From: a virus
Lineage: Duplodnaviria > Caudoviricetes
DNA: 64,000 nucleotides
Reading direction: 5' to 3' (one strand)
IMG/VR virus record: IMGVR_UViG_3300008107_006173
Below, piece by piece: positions 28,779 through 37,936 of the stretch. Numbering within the stretch: the stretch's first letter is position 1; every line of letters starts with the position of its first letter. The notes under the pieces were generated by a model. It made no database searches, was not told where the DNA came from, and saw only the letters and a program-made list of their open reading frames with translations. Both the position numbers and the translations under genes were made by a program.

Positions 28779-29480
28779 TTACAGCGATTTGTACGACTTA
28801 AACTGTTCAATAAGTTCTTTCTTAATTTCTTCCTTGTTAGACACAGTCAATCCAGTGACCTTCCACGTAAATCCGTTTGATTCTGCATGGAACGTAAGGT
28901 TTTTGCAATTATACTCAGCTTTCCCGAAACTAATAAGTTTAACATTACATTTTGACATATCTGCTTTACCGTCATTGTTAACAATCGCAGTAGCAATGTT
29001 ATTAGGATTAATTTCCTTTACAACCATATTAATCATATTTGGAATAAACTTTTCCGCTAGTCCGGTTGTGAAAGCCTTTGCAAAATCTTTAAAAGGATTA
29101 TCAGCTAAGTCTTTATCAAGTTCTTTGTTTAATGAATCAATAAACACTTCGGAATATTCTGTAAGTATATCATTAGCATCCTTCCTAATGTTATCAAACT
29201 CTACATGATCTTCCAACATGTTTTTTATATCTTCTTTATTGTTTGATTCGACAGTAGATTTAGCATTATAAAGCGTAATGTACGGCGTTCCGGCATGAAA
29301 AATTGTTATACCTAAACCTACTAATACAGCCGATGCAAGCATTTTCTTAAACTTACGCTTAGGAGCAGCAGGAGGAACAACAGGATTCTTTACAGCAGCA
29401 TTCCTTTTAATCTCAATAGGTTTAGCTATTGCCTTGCCAGCGTAGCCTTGTTTGAAACCTTCTGTAAAGCTCTTAAACAT
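28779..29480 (-). CDS. DUF2939-like membrane-anchored protein
   Basis: TM then PYITLY...VEFDNIR..; WKVTG end; own promoter and leader. Confidence 0.6.
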   Translation of the reverse strand: MFKSFTEGFKQGYAGKAIAKPIEIKRNAAVKNPVVPPAAPKRKFKKMLASAVLVGLGITIFHAGTPYITLYNAKSTVESNNKEDIKNMLEDHVEFDNIRKDANDILTEYSEVFIDSLNKELDKDLADNPFKDFAKAFTTGLAEKFIPNMINMVVKEINPNNIATAIVNNDGKADMSKCNVKLISFGKAEYNCKNLTFHAESNGFTWKVTGLTVSNKEEIKKELIEQFKSYKSL

Positions 29481-29549
29481 TTGAAACTCCTAATTCCTTA
29501 CCCTACATATACAGTATAGCAGAACTAGGGCTAAAGTCAACCAAAAAGA

Positions 29550-29606
29550 AACGCTTGTAAATCAATGACTTACAAGCGTTCTTAGTTGTTTAAAATCAAT
29601 GACTTA
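29550..29606. promoter_or_regulatory. Terminator hairpin with IHF-consensus sites
   Basis: AACGCTTGTAA-N9-TTACAAGCGTT; WATCAANNNNTTR at 29560-29572 and 29594-29606. Confidence 0.7.
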
Positions 29607-29614
29607 CGTCTGTG

Positions 29615-31939
29615 TTAAAACTTAGTGGTTATTTCTACACCAAATGTTCTTGGAGCATTAAAGTTAGCATAGTCACCGAGTACAGTACCATTAGCGTTTG
29701 AGCGTCTAAAGATAAATGAGCTATTAAATAGGTTGCGTGACCATACTGCAACCGACAGCGGTTGATTAGCAATCTCAATACCTTCAAATGTTACACGACC
29801 ATTAACAATGAAACTTGCTTCGCTCTTTACATTTTCATTATCAAATGCATATGCTGAAGAAGCATAGTTAGCATCAATGTGGAACTTTGCAATGGTATTA
29901 GAGTTACCAACAAAGGTTTGATAATCAATTGACCCTGACAATGCATGTGTTGGAGTATAAACAACAAACACATCTTGATATATAGGAGTCGTGTTAGCTG
30001 GGTTCAATGATGCATTAAGTTGCTCTTGTACTGTGTTGCGAGCCTGAGGCATATCTACATCTGTATAAGCATATGACAATGTGCTTGAAAGGCCTTCTAA
30101 TGGTTGAACAGTTAGATCTGCTTCAATGCCTCTGATCTTTGTTGTACCTTCAGCATTAACAGTTTCAAGTGTATTTCTAACTGTTCCGTTTGGTTGTGGA
30201 ACAAAGAAGTTAAAGTCAACTTGGCTGTCACTTCTGTCCATCATATATGCAGCAAGATTAAAACGAACAGCACGATTAAATAGTTCCAACTTGGAACCAA
30301 CTTCGTAGCTCTTAACTTCTTCTGGACCAAAAGAACGATAGTTCAACGAACGTGAGCTTGCACCACCTGCTCTGTATCCTGTTGTATACTTTGCATATAC
30401 ATTAATGTCTCTGTCAATGTCATAAGCAAGTGTTACAATTGGATCAAACCGCTTGTTGTTTTGATCAAAGGTAAAGTTAGTTGCTGCACCATTGACTTTG
30501 AATAGTGTACCATCTTTCTTGTCTTGAGTAAAGCGGCCACCTGCTGTGATATGTAAGTTATCAAAGTTATATGTACCTTGACCATAAACAGCATAGCTCT
30601 TAGCATATGCTATTGAAGCGCGGGCTACTGTTGCTAAAGGATAGGTAGCAGGATCAACAATAGTGTAACCTGTACCTGTTGCGTTCCACTTATTAGTGTT
30701 TGGTGTCTTTGCTTCGTCATTGGCACGCTCATTAAAATAATAAGCACCAAACACATAGTCTAAATTGTTAGTTGAACCAACAGCCTGTAGCTCTTGACTA
30801 AACTGACGTTGGTCCAATTTAGCGATAGAATATCTACTAAAGGTTGCATTAGGTGTAAACACTGGTGTACGATTAGCACCACCCGAGTTATCAAACTGAC
30901 GGTCGCTTACTGTACGCCATGCTGTAATTGAACGAAGTTCCAAATCATCAGTGATACCATACTTCACAGTTGACACTACGCCAAATGTTTCGCCTACACT
31001 TGGTTCTTGTACAACGCCAACTGCTGCTACATCAGCACGTTCAGATTGAACCTTAACCATTGAAGGTAGAGGAGCAATAAAGCCAGAAGGAATTTTGTTT
31101 CCTGCTGCTGTAATTTGTGCAAGTGTTGCAACTGGACGATTGTATGGGTTATAGTTAATCAACTGACTTAAGAACGGAGTGTTGTTGTCACGACCGAGGT
31201 CTACTGCAACATCTGCTGTCAAGTTAGTAGTTGGTTCCCAACGAATAGCAGCACGACCACCATAACGGTGATAGTAGTTCCATCCATATTGACCTTCTAA
31301 TGGATTCTTGGTTGTTGCTTCTTGATGCTGAATAGAACCATCAAGCTTCACACTGAATCCTGCGAACTTAGGCAAGTTCAAACGCAAGTTACTGTTATAG
31401 GAACCGTAGTTACCAAAGCCAGTTGTTGCTGAACCGCCCCATTCACCGGTTGGGGCTTTGCTGATAATATTAACAGCGCCACCTTCTGTGTTGCGTCCAA
31501 ATAGTGTTCCCTGTGGGCCGCGCAATACTTCAATGCGCTCAATGTCCAGGAACCCAGCATTAAGACCATGCTGACGACCTAGATATACGCCATCAATGTA
31601 AACGCCAACACCCTGTTCACGAGCGGGTTGGTTTGCATCACCAGGAACAATACCACGCATACCGACTGTAAGTGCAGACTGTCTAGATTCAAAAGTTGCT
31701 ACTCTTAGACTTGGAATACCACCGTCTGATAAATCAATCAAACTTTGTACTTGACGATTCTTGAGAGATTCGCTGTTCATTACAGCAATTGATATTGGTG
31801 TGTCTTGTAGATTGGTTTCTCTCTTTGTTGCTGTAACAACAATTTCTGCTACTTCTGCCATGTCAGCATTGTCTGCCGCATTGGCTGTTCCAAAAGAAAG
31901 CAGCGCCATTGCTGTTGCTATAATATATTTAAGTTTCAT
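29615..31939 (-). CDS. TonB-dependent outer-membrane receptor
   Basis: Signal peptide, TonB box EIVVTATKRE, DIERIEVLRGPQGTLFGRNTEGGAVNI, NLFN, C-terminal PRTFGVEITTKF. Confidence 0.97.
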   Translation of the reverse strand: MKLKYIIATAMALLSFGTANAADNADMAEVAEIVVTATKRETNLQDTPISIAVMNSESLKNRQVQSLIDLSDGGIPSLRVATFESRQSALTVGMRGIVPGDANQPAREQGVGVYIDGVYLGRQHGLNAGFLDIERIEVLRGPQGTLFGRNTEGGAVNIISKAPTGEWGGSATTGFGNYGSYNSNLRLNLPKFAGFSVKLDGSIQHQEATTKNPLEGQYGWNYYHRYGGRAAIRWEPTTNLTADVAVDLGRDNNTPFLSQLINYNPYNRPVATLAQITAAGNKIPSGFIAPLPSMVKVQSERADVAAVGVVQEPSVGETFGVVSTVKYGITDDLELRSITAWRTVSDRQFDNSGGANRTPVFTPNATFSRYSIAKLDQRQFSQELQAVGSTNNLDYVFGAYYFNERANDEAKTPNTNKWNATGTGYTIVDPATYPLATVARASIAYAKSYAVYGQGTYNFDNLHITAGGRFTQDKKDGTLFKVNGAATNFTFDQNNKRFDPIVTLAYDIDRDINVYAKYTTGYRAGGASSRSLNYRSFGPEEVKSYEVGSKLELFNRAVRFNLAAYMMDRSDSQVDFNFFVPQPNGTVRNTLETVNAEGTTKIRGIEADLTVQPLEGLSSTLSYAYTDVDMPQARNTVQEQLNASLNPANTTPIYQDVFVVYTPTHALSGSIDYQTFVGNSNTIAKFHIDANYASSAYAFDNENVKSEASFIVNGRVTFEGIEIANQPLSVAVWSRNLFNSSFIFRRSNANGTVLGDYANFNAPRTFGVEITTKF

Positions 31940-31999
31940 ATGTCCTCCGTGTTTGATCGTTACAATTTGATTACAAATTTGACACCTTAAAAACGACGA

Positions 32000-32028
32000 A
32001 TCTCCAGGGACTTGCGTCCACTGGAGAT
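32000..32028 (-). terminator. GCAA-capped hairpin in TBDR leader (terminator/attenuator-like)
   Basis: AUCUCCAG-U-GGAC-GCAA-GUCC-CUGGAGAU followed 6 nt later by U5. Confidence 0.5.
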
Positions 32029-32104
32029 CCTGAATTTTAAATTGTTATTTTTATTTAGTTAATGTGTTAGAATCATAATATATAGATAGGTAAAATGATC
32101 CAAA

Positions 32105-32608
32105 CTAACCAATTTGGTTTTTAGCTTGATCCAGCAAAGCAGGATCGGCTCTGGTAAGAACTTCAAGAAGAAGTCTTTTTTCTTCCAAGTATGTCCTAGC
32201 AAAGCCAGGATCAAACTCAACAATAGTTCTTGTATTGCTGATCAAATCCGCAACCTTAATGGTCTGAGCAGCAGCAGGAGCAGCAGCACTATGCTGACGA
32301 TCCAGTGCTTTACGAGTGCTACGATTACCATCTTCAGGCTTGCTAATGTCTGTTAGCCACAGCACCAAATCCGCAACCTCACTACCAAACAGTTCTTCCA
32401 GAACATCAACAGTAACTTCTGTGTCCTCTAGAACATCGTGCAGTAGTGCAGCCGCAACCATTGCTTCAGTACCGCCCACACTGGCAACTAGTTCTGACAC
32501 CTCGATAGGATGAACAACATACGGCTCACCGGTGTACTTGCGAGTTTGGCCAACTGCGGCATGAGCAGCAGTAGCAAACACTCGAGCTCTTTCAACAATG
32601 TTCGTCAT
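32105..32608 (-). CDS. HD-domain (p)ppGpp hydrolase-like (Mesh1/SpoT type)
   Basis: AHAAVGQTRKYTGEPYVVHP, AALLHDVLEDT, IKVADLISN. Confidence 0.9.
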   Translation of the reverse strand: MTNIVERARVFATAAHAAVGQTRKYTGEPYVVHPIEVSELVASVGGTEAMVAAALLHDVLEDTEVTVDVLEELFGSEVADLVLWLTDISKPEDGNRSTRKALDRQHSAAAPAAAQTIKVADLISNTRTIVEFDPGFARTYLEEKRLLLEVLTRADPALLDQAKNQIG

Positions 32609-32645
32609 ATTTTTATATTAACACCTTTTAGATAGATGTCAACCA

Positions 32646-33185
32646 TTAGTTCCTAACAGCTCTATACATTGCCCTAGCGCCCTGAGGGCCAGGGTGAATA
32701 CCGTCTCCTCTAGAGTTTAATTCAGGAGAATATTTTTCAAGCGGGCCTAAAAAAACCGCGCCCTCTTCTCGGGCAATAACTGCTAATCGCTCGTTAACAT
32801 TTTGAGCATTAAAGTTAACACGATATGTACCATATCTGTTAGTAAGCCAAGGAGACTTTTGAGAACCGGTACCTACCAAATACACCCTCGCCCCTGCGGC
32901 TTTGAGTTTACGAATCTGTTCATAGGTACTATTGCTAGCACCACTACTAAGAATAACTGTAGCACCTTTGGCCTTGCCTGTGGCAATAAAGGTATTGATA
33001 TAACCAATGATGGCTTTGGTGTCGCGGCCACCTTTACGCCAACGATTATTACCACCCGCATCCAAACTATTTGAGTTTGCAATACCAACTGCAATGCTGT
33101 CTCCTATTACATATGTTTCTGCTTGTGCAGGCACACTAGCAACAGCAAACAACGCTGCCAAACTAATTACTAGATTCTTTAACAC
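32646..33185 (-). CDS. Secreted SGNH/GDSL hydrolase-like protein
   Basis: Signal peptide, VIGDSIAVG, DGIHP. Confidence 0.75.
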   Translation of the reverse strand: MLKNLVISLAALFAVASVPAQAETYVIGDSIAVGIANSNSLDAGGNNRWRKGGRDTKAIIGYINTFIATGKAKGATVILSSGASNSTYEQIRKLKAAGARVYLVGTGSQKSPWLTNRYGTYRVNFNAQNVNERLAVIAREEGAVFLGPLEKYSPELNSRGDGIHPGPQGARAMYRAVRN

Positions 33186-33200
33186 TATTAATTTCCTTTC

Positions 33201-33482
33201 CTAGTCTCCGCTGTCAATCTCGTAGCGGTCACCGCACTCACTACAGCGGTATTCTGTTAAACACCGACCTATTGTGCGGCTGGTGTACTTATGTGTGCAA
33301 GGATCGCCATTCTTGTTCAAACGAACTTGGCCAATGCCATTACCATACATTTTTTGACCGCCACAGTTGTAACACTCTTTATGGGTTCGGTCTTTATTCC
33401 AACTGTATCGCTTATCATTATCTGTAAGCGGAAGTTTTCCGGTACCGTTACAAACAGGGCAAGTACCGTATTCAATATTCAT
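33201..33482 (-). CDS. Zinc-finger protein (CxxCxGxG)
   Basis: CPVCNGTG, CYNCGG, CTH..C..CSEC. Confidence 0.7.
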   Translation of the reverse strand: MNIEYGTCPVCNGTGKLPLTDNDKRYSWNKDRTHKECYNCGGQKMYGNGIGQVRLNKNGDPCTHKYTSRTIGRCLTEYRCSECGDRYEIDSGD

Positions 33483-33704
33483 TTAGTGTACCGTATTAGT
33501 AAAAGGCGAAATGAGAATGTTTCTATCAGCTAGTTTAGCAGACAGCTCGTTCAACAATAGTTCTTGACTGTATGCTTCCAATAGTTCAAATGCGTATTCA
33601 ATATCTTCGTCGCTCATTTGCTCATACCAGTCTTGAATGGTTTCAGGTGTAGCATTGAGCAAAAAGTTCAAATTATCTTTATCATGTTTATCCATTATGA
33701 CCAC
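33483..33704 (-). CDS. Hypothetical protein
   Basis: 73-aa acidic ORF. Confidence 0.65.
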   Translation of the reverse strand: MVIMDKHDKDNLNFLLNATPETIQDWYEQMSDEDIEYAFELLEAYSQELLLNELSAKLADRNILISPFTNTVH

Positions 33705-33904
33705 CTCAATAGGAACCAGGCTAAATCCTGTTCATTGGTAAAACGAATATAAAACAATCCATCATCTCGGAACGTCATGTTGTTTTCAATGCACCAGTCT
33801 TTGGCTCCCCACAGGGTATCCTGTACATTTTTCCAATCATCATAGCCAGCCTTATATTTCAGTTCGAGCTTATAAGGCTTACTATGTTCGCGAACCCACT
33901 GCAT
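33695..33904 (-). CDS. Small FLLRWS-family protein
   Basis: Ends IRFTNEQDLAWFLLRWS. Confidence 0.65.
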   Translation of the reverse strand: MQWVREHSKPYKLELKYKAGYDDWKNVQDTLWGAKDWCIENNMTFRDDGLFYIRFTNEQDLAWFLLRWS

Positions 33905-34398
33905 TAAGCGTCCTCGGATTCGCGATCTTCAAGTACCTGTTCGACCATATCCAGCACCGGAGTATCTCCAAGCGATGCACCGTGGTCGTTTACAAACCAA
34001 GTACCGTTGATGAACAAGTAGTTATACTCTTCACCAAACTCGTTTACAAATTCTGCAACATTGGGGAAGATGTTAGGAACGCAATTAGGTTCACCACGAT
34101 CGCGACCGTAAAAGGTAGTCCAACCTTCAGTCTCAGACTTTGCATACTTAGCCATCAACTCATCAAAGTCAGGTGCTTCCTGCTTGAGTTCAAACTTGCT
34201 GAACGGATGATGTTCACCGATCTTAGAGCCCAGTGAACTAATGCTACCGAGCCCGATGAGCTCGCGTACCTTTTCTTCTGTGGTATAGTTCTCCATTAGA
34301 ACCTTACCGTTGTGCTCCGGGTAACCATCCCAATGACAGTATACCGCAGTAACCGAACCGTCCGTGTTGAGGACACCAATAGTTGAACGAGTAGCCAT
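33904..34398 (-). CDS. Early hypothetical phage protein
   Basis: MATRSTIG...VYCHWDGYP..NG..L; AAGGA RBS. Confidence 0.8.
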   Translation of the reverse strand: MATRSTIGVLNTDGSVTAVYCHWDGYPEHNGKVLMENYTTEEKVRELIGLGSISSLGSKIGEHHPFSKFELKQEAPDFDELMAKYAKSETEGWTTFYGRDRGEPNCVPNIFPNVAEFVNEFGEEYNYLFINGTWFVNDHGASLGDTPVLDMVEQVLEDRESEDA

Positions 34399-34415
34399 AT
34401 TACTTTCCTTCTTTA

Positions 34416-34901
34416 TTAAGCGGCCTGAAGGGCCTGTTCCAAATCTGCGTTGCTAAGAACACGACCATCACGCATCGTGTAAGTAGCGATATAATTCTCG
34501 CGGTCACCGCCCATGAGCATATCGTACTGCTCAGTCTTAGCAGCAATCTCCGAGCGCATGTAACCGTATTCGTCGTTCTTTACAGTTCGACGAGCGACCC
34601 AGCGACCCTGTTCCCAGTACAGCTCAAACGGGGTTTCCCATTCTTCGCAGACCACAGCATCGTCATCGAGAATGCTCCAATCCAGAATGTACTCTTCAAA
34701 ACTGCCATTGCGCTCTTCGATGAGCGCGGTGAGAGTGGGGACACCAACCTCCTTGATGCGGAGCGTCTGCTCTACGCTGAGATTGGGCACCACATAAGTA
34801 CTGCCACCCTTGAACTTCCAGTACTGCGGACACTCGCCTTTGCCGTCCCAATCGTGAGCACCGTAGTTTTCTCGGATTTGGGTCTGGATAACAATCTTCA
34901 T
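34416..34901 (-). CDS. Early hypothetical phage protein
   Basis: TQIRENYGAHDWDGKGECPQYWKFKGG; start after conserved leader. Confidence 0.8.
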   Translation of the reverse strand: MKIVIQTQIRENYGAHDWDGKGECPQYWKFKGGSTYVVPNLSVEQTLRIKEVGVPTLTALIEERNGSFEEYILDWSILDDDAVVCEEWETPFELYWEQGRWVARRTVKNDEYGYMRSEIAAKTEQYDMLMGGDRENYIATYTMRDGRVLSNADLEQALQAA

Positions 34902-34992
34902 CGCTAACTCCTTATTTCTCATCCTACATTATTAGTATAGCACCGCTAGAACAGAAGTCAACCTTTTTCTGCCATTTTTTATCAAAAAAGAA

Positions 34993-35049
34993 CCCCTTGC
35001 AAATCAATGACTTACAAGGGGCCTTATCTCTAACAAAATCAACAACTTG
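34993..35049. promoter_or_regulatory. Terminator hairpin with IHF-consensus sites
   Basis: CCCCTTGCAA-N9-TTACAAGGGG; WATCAANNNNTTR at 35002-35014 and 35037-35049. Confidence 0.7.
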
Positions 35050-35061
35050 CGTCGTTGACTG

Positions 35062-35382
35062 TTACGCTGCTACAGCATCAACCGTAGGGGCAGTAACAGG
35101 AGCCTCGTAGCTCGCAAAGTAGCGAACCGGGCACTTCTGCGGCCATACACGACCCTGTCGAATCTCAACCGTTACGCCACGCTCCTTCTGAGCATTAACA
35201 TAAACAGCCATATCCGCATCTTCCTCGAGGTAAGTAGTCTTACCCTTAACGAAAGAGAACTGGGAGATCTTGTCTGCAACGCCGAGCTCGCTGAGTTCGC
35301 GAGTCTTAACTGCGAGCCAAGCATGACCCGGGTCAGAGTGGATGAACTTCACAACATTTGTCTTAGACTTAGCCATTTTCAA
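35062..35382 (-). CDS. Early hypothetical phage protein
   Basis: HSDPGHAWLAV, YLEEDAD. Confidence 0.75.
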   Translation of the reverse strand: MKMAKSKTNVVKFIHSDPGHAWLAVKTRELSELGVADKISQFSFVKGKTTYLEEDADMAVYVNAQKERGVTVEIRQGRVWPQKCPVRYFASYEAPVTAPTVDAVAA

Positions 35383-35469
35383 TTACCTCTATTAAAGTTA
35401 AACAAACACACACATCAACATCATCACAATATCTATTGTACTATCAATAGATCCCTTGTCAACCGCTTT

Positions 35470-35817
35470 TTAATCTAAACGCGAACCAGCGTAAGCGGTG
35501 AAACCATACTTCTTAAATACTGCGGCAGCAGCAATAGCACCTGCTTCGAGCGTGTCAATGTTCTGACAGGGGAACTTGGAGGGGTTCCACATCTGTAGCC
35601 CGCCGCTGTAGCTCTTGGTAATACCCAGAGCAGCAAGAGCCTTGCCCAACTTGGTGTTACCCTTAATTCCGTAAATCTCAACCCAAGCAAAGCCACATCC
35701 GTACTGGTCCTTGCCGCCCAACTTCTCCTGGAAGAACTTGCTAGCTGCTGCGGATGCTGCGGATTGGGCTTCAGCAACAATGCTGGGAACCATTTCGGGG
35801 GAAACTGCAATCGTCAT
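35470..35817 (-). CDS. Early hypothetical phage protein
   Basis: CGFAWV...K..GAIAAAAVFKKYG..AYAGSRLD; start after conserved leader. Confidence 0.8.
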   Translation of the reverse strand: MTIAVSPEMVPSIVAEAQSAASAAASKFFQEKLGGKDQYGCGFAWVEIYGIKGNTKLGKALAALGITKSYSGGLQMWNPSKFPCQNIDTLEAGAIAAAAVFKKYGFTAYAGSRLD

Positions 35818-35927
35818 TTCAAACTCCTTATTTCTCAACCTACATTATAAGTATACCATCTTTTCCCTAAAGGTCAACCACTTTTTGGCATTATTTTAAG
35901 AAAAAGATGTTGTTAAAAAACAACAAC

Positions 35928-36380
35928 TTAGCTGCCCGTAGTGAGCAACAGAGTGCTACCAACCTGCTTAAAACGCTCAATAAACACATGGTGCTCGTCC
36001 CCGCTGTCGCGGATGCAAGCGTCGGCAGCAACATATAGCGCCGCATATGTGAGCCCGTTAACGGACTTTACAATGGGCTTATCGCCCCAATGATCTTTAT
36101 AGGTCACCGTAGTGATACCTTCAAACGGATGCCGCTCGCTGAGGTCGCTTACCTCGTAGATGCTCCAAATAGTCCGAAGACCAAGAGCGTCGCCGACGCT
36201 TGAAAAATGCTGGTGTTTACGCTCAAAATCATTGCTTTCTTGAGCGTAAGCATCCTTGAGCGCACCACGAATTTTTTCAACTGCGGTTTCAACGTCTGTA
36301 TCATCCTTATACTGTAATTCCCACAGTACATTATGGATGGTTTTGAAATCGTCAGCTTTTAGGGTCACATCGCAGTTCAT
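35928..36380 (-). CDS. Early hypothetical phage protein
   Basis: 150-aa ORF, AGGAG RBS, HHVFIERF. Confidence 0.75.
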   Translation of the reverse strand: MNCDVTLKADDFKTIHNVLWELQYKDDTDVETAVEKIRGALKDAYAQESNDFERKHQHFSSVGDALGLRTIWSIYEVSDLSERHPFEGITTVTYKDHWGDKPIVKSVNGLTYAALYVAADACIRDSGDEHHVFIERFKQVGSTLLLTTGS

Positions 36381-36448
36381 TGCTTTCTCCTAATTCCTTA
36401 CTATGTGTACAGTATAGCTTCTTTTTCAGAACTGTCAACCAATAAAAA

Positions 36449-36501
36449 ACCCTTGCAAATCAATGACTTACAAGGGTCGCTAGGTCGCTAAGTTGTTGAT
36501 T
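36449..36501. promoter_or_regulatory. Terminator hairpin with IHF-consensus sites
   Basis: ACCCTTGCAA-N9-TTACAAGGGT; WATCAANNNNTTR at 36458-36470 (+) and 36489-36501 (-). Confidence 0.7.
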
Positions 36502-36502
36502 T

Positions 36503-36619
36503 TTAATACCATTCTTTAACGTCCCGTGCAGCTAGATATGCAAGTATTAAGCATAATGCTGTTAACCACGGGTATGTCGGAAAGAACAGCAAAGCGAGGA
36601 TGAGCAGTAAACAACCCAT
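36503..36619 (-). CDS. Small membrane peptide (38 aa)
   Basis: MGCLLLILALLFFPTYPWLTALCLILAYLAARDVKEWY; ATGA overlap with upstream stop. Confidence 0.55.
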   Translation of the reverse strand: MGCLLLILALLFFPTYPWLTALCLILAYLAARDVKEWY

Positions 36620-36975
36620 CAGTTGCGCCTTTCAGAAACCTTTTTAGCTTCCATAAAAAGTGTAGGGATGAGTTCGGTCACCTGATGGAGCAAAAGCTCT
36701 TTGTGACCGTCAATGAAGAACCAATCACGTTTGTCAATAGCGTTCTTTCTACCCCAACGATATATGTTACGAAGCGCCTGTTCGTTATCATTGGCGCCTG
36801 GAATGACGTACCCATCGTTGATCTTTTCTTCCACCCACCAGTCTTCATGAAGGCATGGCTTATCATTGAATGCGCGGATAGGCTGTCCTAGAAGAGTAGG
36901 AAATCGATCATACATGAATTTACAAAGGTCGTTGACCGTTGCATCTTCAGTGGGATATCGAAAGACTTCAGCCAC
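36619..36975 (-). CDS. Hypothetical protein
   Basis: Likely GTG start at 36975. Confidence 0.55.
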   Translation of the reverse strand: MAEVFRYPTEDATVNDLCKFMYDRFPTLLGQPIRAFNDKPCLHEDWWVEEKINDGYVIPGANDNEQALRNIYRWGRKNAIDKRDWFFIDGHKELLLHQVTELIPTLFMEAKKVSERRN

Positions 36976-37402
36976 GACGCATCTGACTAATTTCAATAGC
37001 CTGCTTTTGATCAATAACAGGAACAGCATTGCTCTTATGCATTGTAGCGATGCCCTTAATCAGTGTGCCAGTATACTTCTGCGGTTCTTTTTTAGCCGTG
37101 CTAGACGCATTACCAAAACCATTACCACTAGGATACAGTTCTTTGTGTTGACGAATTCGGTTCATTATTTCATCGTCTCTAGCCGCTAGCGGAACAAACT
37201 TGGGCTTGTCAGTCTTCACGCGACCATGTAGTGCATCCACATATTCTTCAAATGTTGGCTTAGCCAAACCAAGCCGTTTGTTTTGCTTGCACTTCTCACG
37301 CCAGCCGTCCATCCAACGATTCATTTGAGATTGTGTAACCTTAGTCTTACGCTTACGATAATTGGTAGTAGTTAGATAAGGTCCTACAAGATGCATACTC
37401 AT
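36968..37402 (-). CDS. Hypothetical phage protein
   Basis: C-terminal KYTGTLIKGIATMHKSNAVPV motif, familiar from T4-like phage hypotheticals. Confidence 0.8.
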   Translation of the reverse strand: MSMHLVGPYLTTTNYRKRKTKVTQSQMNRWMDGWREKCKQNKRLGLAKPTFEEYVDALHGRVKTDKPKFVPLAARDDEIMNRIRQHKELYPSGNGFGNASSTAKKEPQKYTGTLIKGIATMHKSNAVPVIDQKQAIEISQMRRG

Positions 37403-37405
37403 ATA

Positions 37406-37663
37406 TTAATCCTTAAGCCCAAGTTTACGAAATGCAGTATCAGTCTGTGAACGCTTCATTTCGCGATATGACTCATACGCTCCGCCTACAGTCCAACACA
37501 TTAGCATAATACTTATTAGGAAAAGTGTATAAGAAACAATTTCTTTATTTAGAAATTTTTGATCGATGAGAAAGTCTAAAAGAAAATAAGCAGCAATAAG
37601 TGGCGTTGTGATTGCCACGCCAATACCGAGACGCTTCAATTCGTTACGATAGTCAATGGTCAT
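37406..37663 (-). CDS. Small membrane protein
   Basis: Two TM segments. Confidence 0.65.
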   Translation of the reverse strand: MTIDYRNELKRLGIGVAITTPLIAAYFLLDFLIDQKFLNKEIVSYTLFLISIMLMCWTVGGAYESYREMKRSQTDTAFRKLGLKD

Positions 37664-37677
37664 TGTTCAAACCTCAT

Positions 37678-37932
37678 TTAATTATGTCCCTGTCCTCTTA
37701 AAATCACTTCTAAATCTTTTGTACCAAATGGATTCTTCTCATCACCAAAGCGACTACTACCCTCTTGCACAACCATTTCCATATCCCAGCAACTTGGATA
37801 GTGTTTAAGCAGTCGGTGAGCTCGCTGTCTTACTTCTCGAGGCACACGCGGTGTCTTTTTTGGATCAAGTAGATCGCACAAAAAGTCATATGTACTGTTA
37901 ACAGCTCGTGTTCTTTCAGATGGGATTGTCAT
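37678..37932 (-). CDS. Hypothetical phage protein
   Basis: MTIPSERTRAV..FL.DL...PRVP..VR..A..LLKHYP. Confidence 0.75.
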   Translation of the reverse strand: MTIPSERTRAVNSTYDFLCDLLDPKKTPRVPREVRQRAHRLLKHYPSCWDMEMVVQEGSSRFGDEKNPFGTKDLEVILRGQGHN

Positions 37933-37936
37933 ATTT

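Noticed and set aside
32000-32028. c-di-GMP or cobalamin riboswitch upstream of the TBDR
   Set aside because: Only one GNRA hairpin; lacks the conserved GEMM P1/receptor and B12-box elements
32646-33185. Frameshift suggested by overlapping 32873-33094 ORF in the SGNH gene
   Set aside because: The main frame carries both GDS and DGIHP motifs uninterrupted
27282-35838. Shared MRNKE N-terminal peptide on three ORFs (27302, 34922, 35838)
   Set aside because: It is the translated conserved leader; the true SD lies inside it, and fixed SD spacing makes it in-frame
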